In this document: positions 35,577-45,017 of the stretch, in pieces
Layout: each line of letters opens with the position of its first letter
Position numbering within the stretch: position 1 is the stretch's first letter
From: Terriglobales bacterium
GTDB lineage: Bacteria; Acidobacteriota; Terriglobia; Terriglobales; Acidobacteriaceae
Length of the DNA: 64,000 nucleotides
Assembly (NCBI GenBank): GCA_049300195.1
Contig: JBAQJF010000064.1
Location: 710-64,709, forward strand
Direction of reading: 5' to 3'
Notes under the pieces: generated by a model
What the model was told of the DNA's origin: nothing
Seen by the model: only the letters and a program-made list of their open reading frames with translations
The model's database searches: none
Translations under genes and position numbers: made by a program

Positions 35577-36974
35577 TTAGTCCGGATTTAATTCGTCCTG
35601 GCGCGGGGGCAGGGCTGGGATCTCGGGGTGGTCTTTGTCGCGCCAAAAAGCTTTGAAGCATTCGCCGTCGTGTTTGGGACGCCAAGTTGTGCCGTCGGCG
35701 TAGGTGATGGCGGTGGGAATGAAAACCCATCCCAGGACGGCTTGCGCGCTGGCTTCTTTGTAGGCCGGCTTCTCGATTGTGTGCTCCGCATTTGCCGGGA
35801 TCGTTTCATTCGCCGTTTCATTCAACGACCAGTTGCTGTCGAATGGTCGGCGCAGATCCTGGGGCGCGAGAAAGTGCTCCGATGTTAGCGTCAGGCTTTT
35901 GATCGGCTTGTTGGTGGCGTTTTTCACCGTGAGCATGAATTTGCCATTCGTATTCCAGAAATCTCCGGTTGGGAATTTGACGGGGCACGACTGATTTGGA
36001 GGCGGATAGATCGTGTAGATGGCCATCATGCCCGCTTCCATGTGGTCGCCCACATGACAGTGAAACATCCAGGATCCGGGATTGTCGGCTAACATATCGA
36101 CTGTTTTCATACTCCCCGGTAGTAACTCGATTACGTCGGTGTTAGTCGTGCCCGTGCTTACGGTCTCGCCGTGCCAGTGCGGGCTATGCAGATCCTTTTC
36201 GTTCCCCATTCCAAGCAGGTACCATCTGACTCTGTCGCCTTGCTGCATCATCAGGCCGGGCAAGTTGCCGAAGATGTAGCCATTGATGGCGTAAAAGAAG
36301 CCGTCGGTCTTGCCGGCTAACTGGTCGAATATCATGAAGGCGGCTACGAATTCGCGATCGACGTCTTTGGGCGTGCCATCGGGACGGGCTTTGCCTTTCG
36401 CGCTAATAATGATGGGGCCCATGAGGCCGGCGTTGGTTTCGCTGTCTTCATCGACGTGGCCGTGATACCACCAGACGACGGAGCTGAGCTGTCCTGGGCC
36501 TGGGCCGCTGCCCCGGTCGGCGAACCAGTGATAAATGAAGCGGTGGCCAGTGGCGACTAGGGCGCCTCTGCCCGTTGGCAGATAGTAGCTGCCTTCATTG
36601 TTTTTGTCGTAGCGCAGACCGTGGGGATGCATGTCATGCAGACGCTGGCTGCGATTCAGAAATTCAACTACAAACTCGTCGCCGACCTCTCCCCGGATGA
36701 CGGGGCCGAGGATTCCTAGCCACTCGGGCTGCGGCTTCTTAGTGGTGAAAGTCGAGTCGGTGTACTCGATATAACGCGTTTTCGGCCAGCGCGTGTGGCC
36801 GAGCCATGGCAGGACCAGCGGTTCCGCGGTGAGCAGGTTCTGGCCGCTCGGCGCGAAATCCCAGGTGACATCTTCAGCGGCGATGTAGTAGTGGCGGGTG
36901 GTCGCCCGGCAGAGCCCGGCGCAGAGAAGGCCCAGGGTGGCCAGCAGCAATTTTGAAGTTCGCACGAAGTCCAT
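35577..36974 (-). CDS. multicopper oxidase, ceruloplasmin/hephaestin-like cupredoxin domains
   Basis: Signal peptide, then RHYYIAAEDVTWDFAP (ceruloplasmin/FVIII A-domain-like start). Copper motifs HPHGL, WWYHGH, HSPHWHG and FHCHVGDHMEAGMM. Confidence 0.85.
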   Translation of the reverse strand: MDFVRTSKLLLATLGLLCAGLCRATTRHYYIAAEDVTWDFAPSGQNLLTAEPLVLPWLGHTRWPKTRYIEYTDSTFTTKKPQPEWLGILGPVIRGEVGDEFVVEFLNRSQRLHDMHPHGLRYDKNNEGSYYLPTGRGALVATGHRFIYHWFADRGSGPGPGQLSSVVWWYHGHVDEDSETNAGLMGPIIISAKGKARPDGTPKDVDREFVAAFMIFDQLAGKTDGFFYAINGYIFGNLPGLMMQQGDRVRWYLLGMGNEKDLHSPHWHGETVSTGTTNTDVIELLPGSMKTVDMLADNPGSWMFHCHVGDHMEAGMMAIYTIYPPPNQSCPVKFPTGDFWNTNGKFMLTVKNATNKPIKSLTLTSEHFLAPQDLRRPFDSNWSLNETANETIPANAEHTIEKPAYKEASAQAVLGWVFIPTAITYADGTTWRPKHDGECFKAFWRDKDHPEIPALPPRQDELNPD

Positions 36975-37061
36975 TATCCCACTGCGGACGATCGATGAAA
37001 CGACCTCTTCTGCTTTAGACCCGTGCAGGCACGGCTAGGCGCCCGTGCCTCCAACTTCAAT

Positions 37062-38885
37062 CTATGGCGGTGGGGGATTCAGGCTGCAGGTTCCGCCAAG
37101 GTTTTGCTTCGGCGGAGTGGGTGGTGTAGCCCAAGGAACGCCTACAAAGTCAAAGAACTCCGTCATATCGAACTGGGCGGCGTCGCGTTTGGTCAGCGCC
37201 GGAATATTGAAGCGGGTTTCGATCAGCTTCAGAATGGCGGTCGCATCGGCGACGGTGTGAGACACATAATTTTTCTTAGTGAAGGGCGAGATTACTATCA
37301 GCGGAATGCGATAGCCCGTAAAGACGAAATCGCAGGTCGGACCAGTGCCGGTCCCGTTGTTGCAGATATCGCCCGCGCGCAAATCCTGCGGCGTGATGCC
37401 ATCGGGGCTGGGCATCGGTTGCGGCGAAACATGATCGTACAGGCCGCCTGCCTCGTCGTACGTGAAGATCATCGCCGAATCCTTCCAGCTCGGGCTCTGC
37501 ATCAAGGCAGTCATTATGCCGTAGCTGAAGTTCCCACCCTTTTGAACGTTCTCCGGAGCCGAGTCATCGACGGTCGGATGTTCGTCGAGTCCCGCGTCGG
37601 TGGGCGATTCGATCCAGGCGACCTGCGGCAGCGTGCCGGCGGCAGCGTCCGCGGCGAACTGCGACATTGGAACCAGGTTTTGGCTCAGCACCGGGTCGTT
37701 TACGACCGTCTTACCGTAGGTGAACATTTGCAGGTAGCTGCCCGAGTCGATAAACAGGCATTGGGGAGTCTGGTCGTTGGGCGCGCAATTGCCGACCGCT
37801 TCGGGGCTCGGCTCGATGTATATCTTCCAGGTGACGCCGGCATTTTGCAAAGCTTCGAAAATGGGCGGAACGGTCAGCGGGCTTTGATCGGCGGGATTCG
37901 ATCCTCCGAGGGGATAGGCGTGACCTTGTGAAGTTGCCGCCATCATGAACATGCGATTCGGCTCAGTGCGCGACATGACGGGAGAGAACCAGCGGTCAGA
38001 AGTCGCGAAGTTCGACGCCATGAAGTAGTAAAAGTTCAAATCGCCCGGATCGGTCGGGTCGTTGGGATTGCCGCCATCGTAATAGCCCATGGCGCGATAG
38101 CCGTTGGTGTCGAGGAACGGCGGTTGATTTTGCCTGGCGTCATTGGCCGCGGTTTGCACGAAGCCATCGAGCGCGGCCGCATTTTTTCCCATGGGATCGT
38201 TGTAATTCCAGTCGACGTGGCTCTCGTTCCACGAGGGGCTGGGATTCTCGATGCAGACGCTTGGAAGATGGACGGAAGTAACGGGCGTGCCATTCGGGTC
38301 CGCGTCGCAATAACTCGTGGGATCGGGGTTGGAGCAGGGCGGATTCGTGGGCGGCGGAGAACTGCCGGCCGGCGGATTGAATTGCGGCAATCCGTCAAAG
38401 GCCTGGTCGGGGTAACCGTTGTCGGCCCAGTATTGGCGAAGTTCACCAAAGTAATGATCGAAAGAACGGTTTTCCTGCGCGAACACGATGATGTGGTTGA
38501 CCGCGGGATTGAAGCTCGCGGTGACGGCCTCCGTGCCGCTGACGGTTATCGAGCAGGTGGTCGCTGTGCCAGTACACGCTCCACCCCATCCCCCGAAGCT
38601 GGCGAAAGTTGACGGGGACCCAGGGGATTCTGTGAGCACAACCTGGGTCCCACTATCGAAATTTGCCGAGCAAGTCCCCGGACAAGTGATGCCGGCGGGC
38701 GCGCTGGAGATGGTTCCGGTAGCAGGGCTGGTGGCCGTGACCGTGACCGTGAGTGTCATGGGGCCGGTCTGAACTGGCGCGGTGCTGACGCCTCGACAAC
38801 CGACTGCGAAGATGATGGCCAGAGCGCTGAAGGAGAGCAACAGTAGGCGAGTTGTAGACGAATTGATGACAGACAAGGCGCTCAC
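37062..38885 (-). CDS. phosphoesterase-family enzyme (non-haemolytic phospholipase C / acid phosphatase AcpA-like), lipoprotein with N-terminal InlB-B-repeat-like domain
   Basis: Lipobox IFAVGC. The N-domain GTISSAPAGITCPGTCSANFDSGTQVVLTE...FGGWGGACTG. Catalytic start NHIIVFAQENRSFDHYFG. Confidence 0.8.
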   Translation of the reverse strand: MSALSVINSSTTRLLLLSFSALAIIFAVGCRGVSTAPVQTGPMTLTVTVTATSPATGTISSAPAGITCPGTCSANFDSGTQVVLTESPGSPSTFASFGGWGGACTGTATTCSITVSGTEAVTASFNPAVNHIIVFAQENRSFDHYFGELRQYWADNGYPDQAFDGLPQFNPPAGSSPPPTNPPCSNPDPTSYCDADPNGTPVTSVHLPSVCIENPSPSWNESHVDWNYNDPMGKNAAALDGFVQTAANDARQNQPPFLDTNGYRAMGYYDGGNPNDPTDPGDLNFYYFMASNFATSDRWFSPVMSRTEPNRMFMMAATSQGHAYPLGGSNPADQSPLTVPPIFEALQNAGVTWKIYIEPSPEAVGNCAPNDQTPQCLFIDSGSYLQMFTYGKTVVNDPVLSQNLVPMSQFAADAAAGTLPQVAWIESPTDAGLDEHPTVDDSAPENVQKGGNFSYGIMTALMQSPSWKDSAMIFTYDEAGGLYDHVSPQPMPSPDGITPQDLRAGDICNNGTGTGPTCDFVFTGYRIPLIVISPFTKKNYVSHTVADATAILKLIETRFNIPALTKRDAAQFDMTEFFDFVGVPWATPPTPPKQNLGGTCSLNPPPP

Positions 38886-39232
38886 TCCCTCGTGAGGTTT
38901 CTACGGCGAGTCTTGGATGGTGCGTGGAACGGGCTGGTTGTCCGGCCTACGCTCAACAGGCGAACCGAGGTTGTTTGGTGGATTTTAGAGCGGATGCTGG
39001 GTGCCATCGAAGGGTTTGATATCCGACCGATTTGTGAACTTTCGATTGTTGCTACTGGGAGAATCACGTATTACTCTCCGGTTACTGCCTACGAGACTTT
39101 CAGAAGAAGGCGACCGCAGATGAGCTGAACCTGAACCTGCGCTCATCCAGGTTGCGATGTGGCTTCGTGGGTGTCTTGCAGGTCGGAGCCCAAAAATTAT
39201 TCCCCTAATTCACTAAGGAGCAGATTCGTATC

Positions 39233-40540
39233 ATGAAGTGGCTAAGCCCCGCCCCCATTCTTCTGCTTACCAGCCTGGCTGTTCCGGTTGTTGCCAGCGT
39301 TACTGTCAGCTCTCCAAGTAATGGAGGAACCGTGAGTTCCCCCGTCAATTACGTGGCTTCGTCGACCACGAGCTGTTCGAAGGGCGTGGCGTCAATGGGC
39401 GTGTACGTCGATAACCAACTGCAGACCGTGGTGAATGGCCACTCCATGAATACGAACGTGGCGATCAACCCGGGGAGCCACAAGACGGTGGTCCAGGAAT
39501 GGGATTATTGCGGCGGATCGACCTATGCCGCGCTGAATCTCACGGTGGGCAGCGCTGGCCAGTCGGGCGTGACTGTGAGTACGCCTTCGAACGGCGGCAG
39601 CGTAAGCAGCCCCGTGAGCTACGCGGCCAGCGCAGCGACGACCTGCTCCAAGGGCGTCGCCTCCATGGGGATCTATGTCAACAATGTGCTCACTTATGTG
39701 GCGCAAGGATCAAGCTTGAGCACGAATCTGAATTTGAGTTCGGGAAAGTACCACACGGTAGTGGAAGAGTGGGATCACTGCGGAGGCGCGGCTTATACGC
39801 CGATCGACATCAGTGTATCGAGCGGCGGCGGCGGGGGCGGCGGCGATGAGTTTACGCAATTGCAGGCCAGCAAGGGATGGATCGCTTATGGCGAGTTTCC
39901 GCCGAAATATGACATCTGCACGGACTGCGGACCGGGCATAACCTGGTCGATCAAGCAACACCAGTCATCGCCTTCTATGAGTGGAAATTCGACCGAGTTC
40001 TCGATCGGGGGAACTCATCCATATGCCGATGTGCTCTTTACAATCCCGCTCATCGGAACGCACTCATCGCAGGGGATGCCGGATTCGGATCACAAAATCA
40101 TTCCGAACCTGCACAATTTTACCTACGACCTTTATTTCTACGGCTCGAACCTATCCGCCTCACAGGTCCTTGAGTTCGATATCAATCAGTTTTTCAATGG
40201 AATGGGATTCATCTACGGTCATCAGTGCAATCTCGGCGGCGGTCATCAGTGGGATATCTGGGACAACGTCAACAAGCACTGGATACACACGGGCATAGCT
40301 TGCAACCCCGTCAGCAACGGATGGAATCATTTGACGCTTGAGGTTGAGCGAACCTCGGGCAATGAACTTCTCTACAAGACAATCACCTTGAACGGTACTA
40401 CGGCGACGCTGAACAAGACTTACCCGCACTACAATTGCGGCGATTGGTACGGTGTGGGAGTCAATTACCAGTTGGATGGGAACTCGAAGCAGACCGCATA
40501 CAGCACGTACGTAGACAACTTCACCTTTATGTACCAGTGA
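39233..40540 (+). CDS. secreted protein: two tandem Ig-like repeats, poly-Gly linker, lectin/jelly-roll-like C-domain
   Basis: Signal peptide MKWLSPAPILLLTSLAVPVVAS. The repeats VTVSSPSNGGTVSSPVNYVASSTTSCSKGVASMGVYVDN and VTVSTPSNGGSVSSPVSYAASAATTCSKGVASMGIYVNN. A GGGGGGG linker. The C-domain is paralogous to the 31744 gene. Confidence 0.75.
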   Translation: MKWLSPAPILLLTSLAVPVVASVTVSSPSNGGTVSSPVNYVASSTTSCSKGVASMGVYVDNQLQTVVNGHSMNTNVAINPGSHKTVVQEWDYCGGSTYAALNLTVGSAGQSGVTVSTPSNGGSVSSPVSYAASAATTCSKGVASMGIYVNNVLTYVAQGSSLSTNLNLSSGKYHTVVEEWDHCGGAAYTPIDISVSSGGGGGGGDEFTQLQASKGWIAYGEFPPKYDICTDCGPGITWSIKQHQSSPSMSGNSTEFSIGGTHPYADVLFTIPLIGTHSSQGMPDSDHKIIPNLHNFTYDLYFYGSNLSASQVLEFDINQFFNGMGFIYGHQCNLGGGHQWDIWDNVNKHWIHTGIACNPVSNGWNHLTLEVERTSGNELLYKTITLNGTTATLNKTYPHYNCGDWYGVGVNYQLDGNSKQTAYSTYVDNFTFMYQ

Positions 40541-41255
40541 GAAATTCGGGGATGGGCCAGTTGTGAGATTGGCCTAGCTTGTTCGCCAGCACATGACGAA
40601 CGTTCTCACCAACCTCCTCCGGAGTGCCGGCATGAATCACATTCATGCCGGCTATTTTACTTAGCGCTAGATAACAGGCTCGAGTATTGCGCAGAAAATC
40701 GATGGGATATTCGGGCTTGCGGGCCCGCGCGGCTGCCGGATCGGCATCGAGAAGATAAGCGACGTCAGGATGAGGTATGAACTTGACAAGAAGGCCGACG
40801 TAGATGCGGGCTGCGCGATAGTGGATCCCAAGATTGACCAGTTGATCGTATAGATAACGATCGAAAATGATGACGTCGGCGTCCGGCGACCTTCTTATTT
40901 TTGCTATAGAAAATTTCATACCGACCGCGTCGATCAGGCAGAGTCCCATCCGCATCGCGACGGTAATCGGATTTTGAATATTCTTGTCGCGGCGGTTGAC
41001 CGGCTTGTCGGGAGCGCCCACGCCGATTTCTCCCCGGAAGACGGCATGGCCGAGGGTTTCGCGCAATCGACGCATGGCGGCAATGTCATCCCAGAAGGCG
41101 ATTAGGCGAACACGCAGGCCCGCTTCGTTGAGGCCGATGACCAGATTTTCAATTTGGGTGCTCTTGCCGGCTCCGTCGATTCCGGAAAAGCTCAGAAGCA
41201 GAGGCCTTGGCCTTGGGGGCTTGCGCCGATTCCAGTCGATGCGGATGGTGGCCAT
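40527..41255 (-). CDS. thymidylate-kinase-like P-loop kinase
   Basis: LLLSFSGIDGAGKSTQ (P-loop) and FDRYLYDQ (DRY-type motif). The 3' end overlaps the convergent 39233 gene by 14 nt. Confidence 0.7.
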   Translation of the reverse strand: MATIRIDWNRRKPPRPRPLLLSFSGIDGAGKSTQIENLVIGLNEAGLRVRLIAFWDDIAAMRRLRETLGHAVFRGEIGVGAPDKPVNRRDKNIQNPITVAMRMGLCLIDAVGMKFSIAKIRRSPDADVIIFDRYLYDQLVNLGIHYRAARIYVGLLVKFIPHPDVAYLLDADPAAARARKPEYPIDFLRNTRACYLALSKIAGMNVIHAGTPEEVGENVRHVLANKLGQSHNWPIPEFLTGT

Positions 41256-41280
41256 TTCTCAATGTCAACGAAGGCTCGGG

Positions 41281-41934
41281 TCAATGAGCGCCGGGCGGCT
41301 TGCTTGGACTTCCTTCAGTTAGAGCCATGGTGACGCCTAGGGCGGCGGCCGCTCCGACGATTGCGCCCATTCGGATGAGGATCATTCGCACGCGGCGTTG
41401 CTTGGCCGGAGCTAAAGCTGCTCCGGCGGGACGCGAGGCGGCGATGCCCACGGTCGGGACAGTTTCGGCGGCCGCGGTACCGAGCGGCTCTTGCGGCATC
41501 GCTGGAGGCGGCTGCTGGGCTGGCGGTTGCGCAGAACTTTGCTGGGACGATGGTTGCGTGACGGGGGCTCGCTGCGTCTCGAGTTGAGCGGACTCCACGG
41601 CTCCGGGACTGTCCGGCAACAAATCGCTTGATGGGTCGTTCGATGGAGACGGCGGCGCTGACTCCGCGGGATCCAATGGTGGCATTGGTGGAACGGGAGC
41701 GTTGTCGTCATCGGGAACGTTATCGGGAACGGCGACGTGGTTAGTCGGAACCGTTTGGGAATTAGCGATTTTCGTTGGTTGCGCGGCCACACCCGAGGCC
41801 TTTGAGAGCCCCTCGCTCTTGGATTGTTGGGCCACTGCATACGAGAACGGATTTAACAGCAAAACCAGAACCAATCCCGGCGCGATCATAGGAACGTGCC
41901 TGGCTTGGAACTCGGAACCATGCTTGGTTTTCAT
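41281..41934 (-). CDS. Pro/Gln/Ser-rich low-complexity protein with N-terminal signal and C-terminal TM helix
   Basis: The leader IAPGLVLVLLLNPFSYAVAQ and the C-terminal RMGAIVGAAAALGVTMAL. It lies on the same strand between the Tmk-like and STAS genes. Coding status is less certain because of the low complexity. Confidence 0.5.
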   Translation of the reverse strand: MKTKHGSEFQARHVPMIAPGLVLVLLLNPFSYAVAQQSKSEGLSKASGVAAQPTKIANSQTVPTNHVAVPDNVPDDDNAPVPPMPPLDPAESAPPSPSNDPSSDLLPDSPGAVESAQLETQRAPVTQPSSQQSSAQPPAQQPPPAMPQEPLGTAAAETVPTVGIAASRPAGAALAPAKQRRVRMILIRMGAIVGAAAALGVTMALTEGSPSKPPGAH

Positions 41935-42036
41935 GCGTTCTCCAATTGGAGCCGGCCCTCACAGAGTCTTAGAATGCCGGGTTCCTTCGGGACTCTAATC
42001 AGCTTTCCCACCATGCCCGCCAGGGCGGGCTTCCCT

Positions 42037-42429
42037 TCAACTTTGCAGCTTGCCGCTAGCGACTTTTAGCGTCGGTGCGATCGACTGCATCGCTTCCGGG
42101 TAAAAATGGTGATAGCTCTCCACGGCGTCATTGCAATTATCGAAAATCTCAAACAGGCGATCGATTCTCGTCATCTCGAGAATGACGGCCAGCTGCGGCG
42201 AAAGTGCCGCAAGCTTGAGATCGCCATTGCGTTTCATCGCCTCTTCCATGCAGCGCAAAAGCAATTCCACTCCCGCGCTGTCAAAGTGACGAACTCCGGT
42301 GAAATCGAAAACCAGCCGCGGCCGGTCACTTCCGAGCACGGCTTCGAGTTCGCGATAAAAAGCTTGTGACTGCGGCGCGCTCACCGTTTCTGGGAGCTGC
42401 TTGACTACTACGGCCTTGCCAGTCGTCAT
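42037..42429 (-). CDS. STAS-domain protein (anti-sigma-factor antagonist family)
   Basis: RLVFDFTGVRHFDSAGVELLLRCMEEAMKRNGDLKLAALSPQLAVILEMTRIDRLFEIF is SpoIIAA-like and includes the conserved DS(A/S)G. Confidence 0.85.
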   Translation of the reverse strand: MTTGKAVVVKQLPETVSAPQSQAFYRELEAVLGSDRPRLVFDFTGVRHFDSAGVELLLRCMEEAMKRNGDLKLAALSPQLAVILEMTRIDRLFEIFDNCNDAVESYHHFYPEAMQSIAPTLKVASGKLQS

Positions 42430-43523
42430 ACTTCACCCTTAAAGACTTCAAGCAATCGGCCCTTGGCGCGCGACAGGTATTCCGAATATTCGAGATCCCG
42501 ATCGGGAGTGGGCCGATCTGCCTCTGCATATTCGGGCAGGTAACTGGGAACGTGTTGTTTGACGGGAGGCACGTTCGAAATCAGATTCGGATCCTCGATG
42601 CGGAAAGAAATCTTACGGTCAAGATCGATAAAGTTATTGCCGTTGACCAAAGCGGCGGAGACGTCCAGTCCGCGGCCGATCATAGTGTGCGGCAGAAGCG
42701 AAGCGTTCGAGACCAAGCTTCCCTCGCCGACGTTGCAATTGCGTTCGACATTGCTGCAACGAGTAATGACCGCACCCGGCTGGATGCGGGTATTGCAGCC
42801 AATGTAGGATGGCGCCACCAGGCGTGCCGTTTTATGCAACCGAGCGCCTTCATCAATCCAGACACCGGGCTTCACTTCGCGGCCAGCGGGTGCAATCGAG
42901 CAACGCCCGAGAAACGCATCCACCACCAGGCGGCGGAAGTCACGCGGATCTTCCAACCGGTTCACATAACCTCGAACCTTGTAGGGGACGGGCGCGTTGA
43001 TGATCCGGTCTTCATCGGGAGGAAAGAAGGAATCCGGATTGGAAAGAACACGCGCTGCGTCGACGATCCAGTAAGCCAAAGAACCCATGTCGTCATGGAT
43101 GGGAGTTACGGGCTGCGCCTTTGCCCTGTGGAATTGCAAAGCCGCCGGGAGATCGAGTTCGACATAGGCGCCTAGTTCAGCGATCAGGACGGTTTCAATT
43201 CCCCGCTGCACGTCTTTGAGAAGGGCGCGCTTCACGTTCGCCCAGCGGTCCTCGGCGGGCTTTTGAATTGCGATTCTCACTTCGCGGGTCTCGTGGAAGC
43301 TGATGCAGTTTGAGGCCGCAATCACGGAAATATTTCGGAGGCCGGCCTTCTTGAATCGGGCTACAGTCCTTTCAAGAACGGATTGTCCAAAGAGCTCGAC
43401 GCATGCGAGCGATACGAGCGGATGGCCTGAGGACGAAGGCGCCGCGGACCAATCCGCCTGTTCATATGACAGGATTGGATCGTGAGGCTGTTTGCCGCTT
43501 AAGAGAATTGCACTGAAATGCAC
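42426..43523 (-). CDS. sugar-nucleotidyltransferase-like protein with left-handed beta-helix C-domain; N-terminal G-loop degenerate
   Basis: It starts AILLSGKQPHDP instead of the canonical A(I/V)ILAGGxGTRL. The C-terminal hexapeptide repeats are ...YIGCNTRIQPGAVITRCSNVERNCNVGEGSLVSNASLL. It overlaps the STAS gene by 4 bp. Confidence 0.65.
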   Translation of the reverse strand: MHFSAILLSGKQPHDPILSYEQADWSAAPSSSGHPLVSLACVELFGQSVLERTVARFKKAGLRNISVIAASNCISFHETREVRIAIQKPAEDRWANVKRALLKDVQRGIETVLIAELGAYVELDLPAALQFHRAKAQPVTPIHDDMGSLAYWIVDAARVLSNPDSFFPPDEDRIINAPVPYKVRGYVNRLEDPRDFRRLVVDAFLGRCSIAPAGREVKPGVWIDEGARLHKTARLVAPSYIGCNTRIQPGAVITRCSNVERNCNVGEGSLVSNASLLPHTMIGRGLDVSAALVNGNNFIDLDRKISFRIEDPNLISNVPPVKQHVPSYLPEYAEADRPTPDRDLEYSEYLSRAKGRLLEVFKGEV

Positions 43524-43603
43524 TCGAAGGGCTCCTTGCTTCCTTCACTTCGATGGCCGCCAAGCAAAGTTGGTTGGCAACGCGCGAAAGCGAAATGTGA
43601 TTG

Positions 43604-43621
43604 CCCGGAATTAATTCCGGG
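43604..43621. promoter_or_regulatory. perfect 18-bp palindrome in a divergent intergenic region
   Basis: CCCGGAATTAATTCCGGG lies between the starts of the 43523(-) and 43777(+) genes. Confidence 0.5.
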
Positions 43622-43776
43622 TCGCTGCACGCTAACCCAGGTCAAGGCGAAAACTCTCGCTGGTTGCGGCATTGAATAACTTTAGGACGGAAGACGGGGT
43701 TGGTCATTACGGTGTTTGCTGTATCGCGAAAGGAATAACTGCGGAGTTGAAATTGTTCTGCACAAACTAATACAGG

Positions 43777-44967
43777 ATGAGTGTCATCAAAGAAACAAAA
43801 GTGGCTAAGGAGAATAACGGACAAATGGAAAGCGAATCGAATCAGACCCGGCACATGGAAGTACTGTCACGGCTCGTGATCCGCGGACAGGACGACAATG
43901 ATGGTCCTGCACGGCCGGAGGAATTTGGACAATTGCGGCGCGAGTTGCGCTACGTGGCGAGACTGTGCGACGAGGAATTCGCCAATTTTGCCGCGCTTGC
44001 CGACACGCACCACGTGATTGTGCGCGCGCTCAACGTTGTGCAAAGGGTGGCGGCTTTGGAACGGAAGACCATACTGCCAACTCCCGAGAATGACAGGCGT
44101 GTCGGGGAACGGTGCGAGATAGTTTTGGCCGACGAGCATGCCCGCATCGAACGCGCGGTGGGGTATCTGCACTCAATTTGTGAGGCGTTGGAAGGGCGGG
44201 GCTGCCAGGTCGCGGTGATCAAGTCGCTCGATCATTGGCCGGACCTGGGCTCCGACCTTGATCTCTATACGACGGCGGACGAGCATTCAGTCGAGCGGGC
44301 GATGCGTGAGGAGTTCGGTGCCGAGCGCGTCGAGCGCAGTTGGGGTGATCGCCTGGCGAACAAATGGAACTACACGGTTCCGGGACTGCCGGAGCTGGTT
44401 GAGATTCACATTCAATACCTGGGGCAGACCGGCGAGCACGTAGAACTGGCGCGCCGAGTCATCGAGCGGCGAGCCCATAAGATTGTCGGCGCCTGCGACT
44501 TCAAGGTGGCGGCGCCAGAGGAACGCATCGTTATTTCAACACTCCAGCGAGTGTACCGGCATTTCTATTTCCGCCTGTGCGACATGATCGATACGGCCGC
44601 CCTGCTGCAAAGCGGCTCCGTGCATTTCGGCGAACTAAAAAGATCGGCGAATGCTGCCGGTATATGGGAAGGCGTCGCTACTTATCTTTGTCTTATCCGG
44701 AATTACGTACAATCGTATGGTGGAAACGTGTCGCTCCCGGAAGATATAGTCCAGGCAGCCGTTTCGCCGAAGTCAATGGTTCAGTTCAAGGATGATTACT
44801 TGCGCGTTTCCAAGGCGACGGGCGCCAGGTTGTATTCGTCGCAGTTGCTCGCGGCCGGGAAGCATGGAGACATTCGCGCTCTACTCCGCCTGCCGTTGCT
44901 GCCACCTCTCGCCATTTCCGCGCTGGTGGCACACAGCCTGACGGGGAACGACAAGGGAATCTGGTGA
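43777..44967 (+). CDS. uncharacterised nucleotidyltransferase-family protein (NTP_transf_5-like)
   Basis: VAVIKSLDHWPDLGSDLDLY matches the K(G/S)...Y.....R..(G/S)D(I/L)D(L/I)L-type motif of that family. The start is uncertain because in-frame Mets lie downstream. Confidence 0.55.
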   Translation: MSVIKETKVAKENNGQMESESNQTRHMEVLSRLVIRGQDDNDGPARPEEFGQLRRELRYVARLCDEEFANFAALADTHHVIVRALNVVQRVAALERKTILPTPENDRRVGERCEIVLADEHARIERAVGYLHSICEALEGRGCQVAVIKSLDHWPDLGSDLDLYTTADEHSVERAMREEFGAERVERSWGDRLANKWNYTVPGLPELVEIHIQYLGQTGEHVELARRVIERRAHKIVGACDFKVAAPEERIVISTLQRVYRHFYFRLCDMIDTAALLQSGSVHFGELKRSANAAGIWEGVATYLCLIRNYVQSYGGNVSLPEDIVQAAVSPKSMVQFKDDYLRVSKATGARLYSSQLLAAGKHGDIRALLRLPLLPPLAISALVAHSLTGNDKGIW

Positions 44968-45017
44968 TCTGTTTAATTCACACTCAATTCCAATCTCCGG
45001 GTTATTCGGGGTCTCAA

